Positions 60,830-61,671 of a stretch of 61,671 nucleotides of DNA are shown in pieces. Each line of letters starts with the position of its first letter. Position 1 is the first letter of the stretch. The notes beneath the pieces are model-generated. The model was not told the DNA's origin, did no database searches, and saw only the letters and a list, made by a program, of their open reading frames with translations. A program made the translations under genes and the position numbers. The DNA is from Rickettsiales bacterium (GTDB lineage: Bacteria > Pseudomonadota > Alphaproteobacteria > Rickettsiales > JALZUV01): the NCBI GenBank assembly GCA_023301245.1, contig JALZUV010000044.1, forward strand, positions 1 through 61,671, in the 5' to 3' direction.

Positions 60830-61247
60830 ACGGAAACTTAAACTTCGCAAACGTTTGCAAAGCACTGAGAAGCGGCCTAAGCAACGTAAATCACTTTCTA
60901 TCGACCCCCTGTCTAACAAGCACCGTATAAAGGACATCGCAGTCTCACGGCTCGTAACCCTGCCCAGCGGCAAGGAACGCAATCTACTGACGTTTAGTAA
61001 GAACGAACTCGCGGAACTCATGGACACGTCCTATATGAGTATAGATCGCTGGGTTGCTAAGGGCCAAATACCTGCCCCCGTTCTAGTTTGCGGAAAGAAG
61101 ACTTATTGGTGTATAAACGAAGCCCTAGCCATTCTCGAACCTGTCGGGAAGCACTTGCGCACCTCCTCCTATTATACTACAAACGATATAAGCGTTCGGG
61201 ACAGTATATCTCGGCGCGTATCAACAGTAAGAGCCACTACTCATTAG
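60822..61247 (+). CDS. putative DNA-binding protein (AlpA/excisionase-type HTH)
   Basis: ELMDTSYMSIDRWVAKGQIPAPVLVCGKKTYWCINEALAIL resembles MerR/AlpA-type HTH_17. N-terminus MTKRKLKLRKRLQSTEKRPKQRK. Confidence 0.45.
   Translation: MTKRKLKLRKRLQSTEKRPKQRKSLSIDPLSNKHRIKDIAVSRLVTLPSGKERNLLTFSKNELAELMDTSYMSIDRWVAKGQIPAPVLVCGKKTYWCINEALAILEPVGKHLRTSSYYTTNDISVRDSISRRVSTVRATTH
60847..60858. repeat. palindrome copy 27 (25 nt into HTH gene; RKRLQ)
   Basis: Exact match. Confidence 0.95.
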
Positions 61248-61258
61248 GAGACTACCAC

Positions 61259-61671
61259 ATGGCACGTAAACCCGCCAAGACTACTGCTGCGTCTAAAAAG
61301 ACTAGCAAAGTAAAAGCCGCAGAAACCCAAATTACGGTTTTCGAAAGCACAGGTTCCCGTAGCGAAACTATCGAAATCCATCAGTTCGCTACCGAGCCTG
61401 CCAAAGTCCATCTTTACAACAGCCTGACCAAATCTGACGGCGCGTATCAAGGCGGCAAGTACGGGGTATCGGTAACCATCCCTTGCTACGTCGAGGAGAT
61501 GGACCAAGCCATGGAAGATGCCCATGCGCTAATGGACCGCTATATGGCCAACGCTGGCGAAGCCTTTAATGCCCTCGCCTCCACGGAACTCGCTGACACC
61601 ATCGGTGACGAAGTCGAAGAGGACGAAGCCGAAGAGGACGAAGCCGAAGAGGACGAAGCCGAAGAGGACGA
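61259..61671 (+). CDS. hypothetical protein with acidic repeat tail, truncated by window end
   Basis: AGGAG SD and ATG at 61259. Open to the last base. Ends in (EEDEA)n encoded by a 15-bp tandem repeat. Confidence 0.5.
   Translation, partial: MARKPAKTTAASKKTSKVKAAETQITVFESTGSRSETIEIHQFATEPAKVHLYNSLTKSDGAYQGGKYGVSVTIPCYVEEMDQAMEDAHALMDRYMANAGEAFNALASTELADTIGDEVEEDEAEEDEAEEDEAEED
61616..61671 (+). repeat. 15-bp tandem repeat GAAGAGGACGAAGCC x3.7, cut by window end
   Basis: Units at 61616, 61631 and 61646, plus a partial unit at 61661. The same 15-mer occurs at 17710-17724. Confidence 0.9.

Noticed and set aside
1011-60858. The regularly spaced repeats could be read as a CRISPR array or as mobile-element ends.
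   Set aside because: Spacing is kilobases rather than tens of bases. The repeat is only 12-18 bp, there are no cas genes or transposase, and copies lie inside essential genes in frame.

Overview
This 61.7-kb window reads as an essentially complete genome of a tailed dsDNA bacteriophage, siphovirus-type with a lambda-like tail tip, opened at an arbitrary point. I call about 71 protein genes, all on the + strand. They are tightly packed, with AGGAG-like ribosome-binding sites, several sigma70-like promoters and a few intrinsic terminators.
Gene order:
- Accessory/early block (0.1-10.3 kb): MazG-like protein, S1-type protease, DUF1643, membrane proteins, XRE regulator, amidase endolysin, DUF2493/SLOG, GT-B glycosyltransferase-like protein, ParB-like protein.
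- Packaging and head (10.3-20.2 kb): TerS, TerL, two Cys4 paralogues, portal, XkdF-type protease, poly-acidic scaffold, HK97-type capsid.
- Connectors and tail (20.2-41.5 kb): tube protein, G/GT frameshift chaperones, 1497-aa tape measure, lambda-like M-L-K-I, and a 3135-aa J-like fibre.
- Small genes plus an overlapped spanin pair (41.6-45.3 kb).
- AAA+/DUF1257/DUF2997 module and RNase H (45.4-49.3 kb).
- Replication block (49.5-61.2 kb): O-like initiator with downstream iterons, degenerate loader-like protein, DnaB, UDG-like::PolA fusion, primase, gp32-like SSB, SF2 helicase.
I recognised no tRNA, rRNA, CRISPR, integrase or transposase.
Most unusual signals:
1. The 12-bp palindrome GCAAACGTTTGC (16-bp extended consensus) occurs 27 times in perfect form. 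Copies are spread at 0.6-4.0-kb intervals across the whole genome, in intergenic DNA and in all three coding frames.
2. Lys/Arg-rich, NLS-like N- and/or C-terminal extensions are present on at least two dozen functionally unrelated proteins, including portal, terminase and DNA polymerase. Six of them share the N-terminus M-[AP]-I-[KR]-K-R. Several extremely acidic proteins sit alongside them.
3. A 44-nt segment is shared almost identically by two unrelated head-region genes.
4. A putative origin lies directly after the initiator gene.
5. A candidate promoter-hairpin small RNA or leader lies at 49.35-49.49 kb.
All coordinates and counts come from manual reading, and function calls rest on remembered family motifs rather than database searches.
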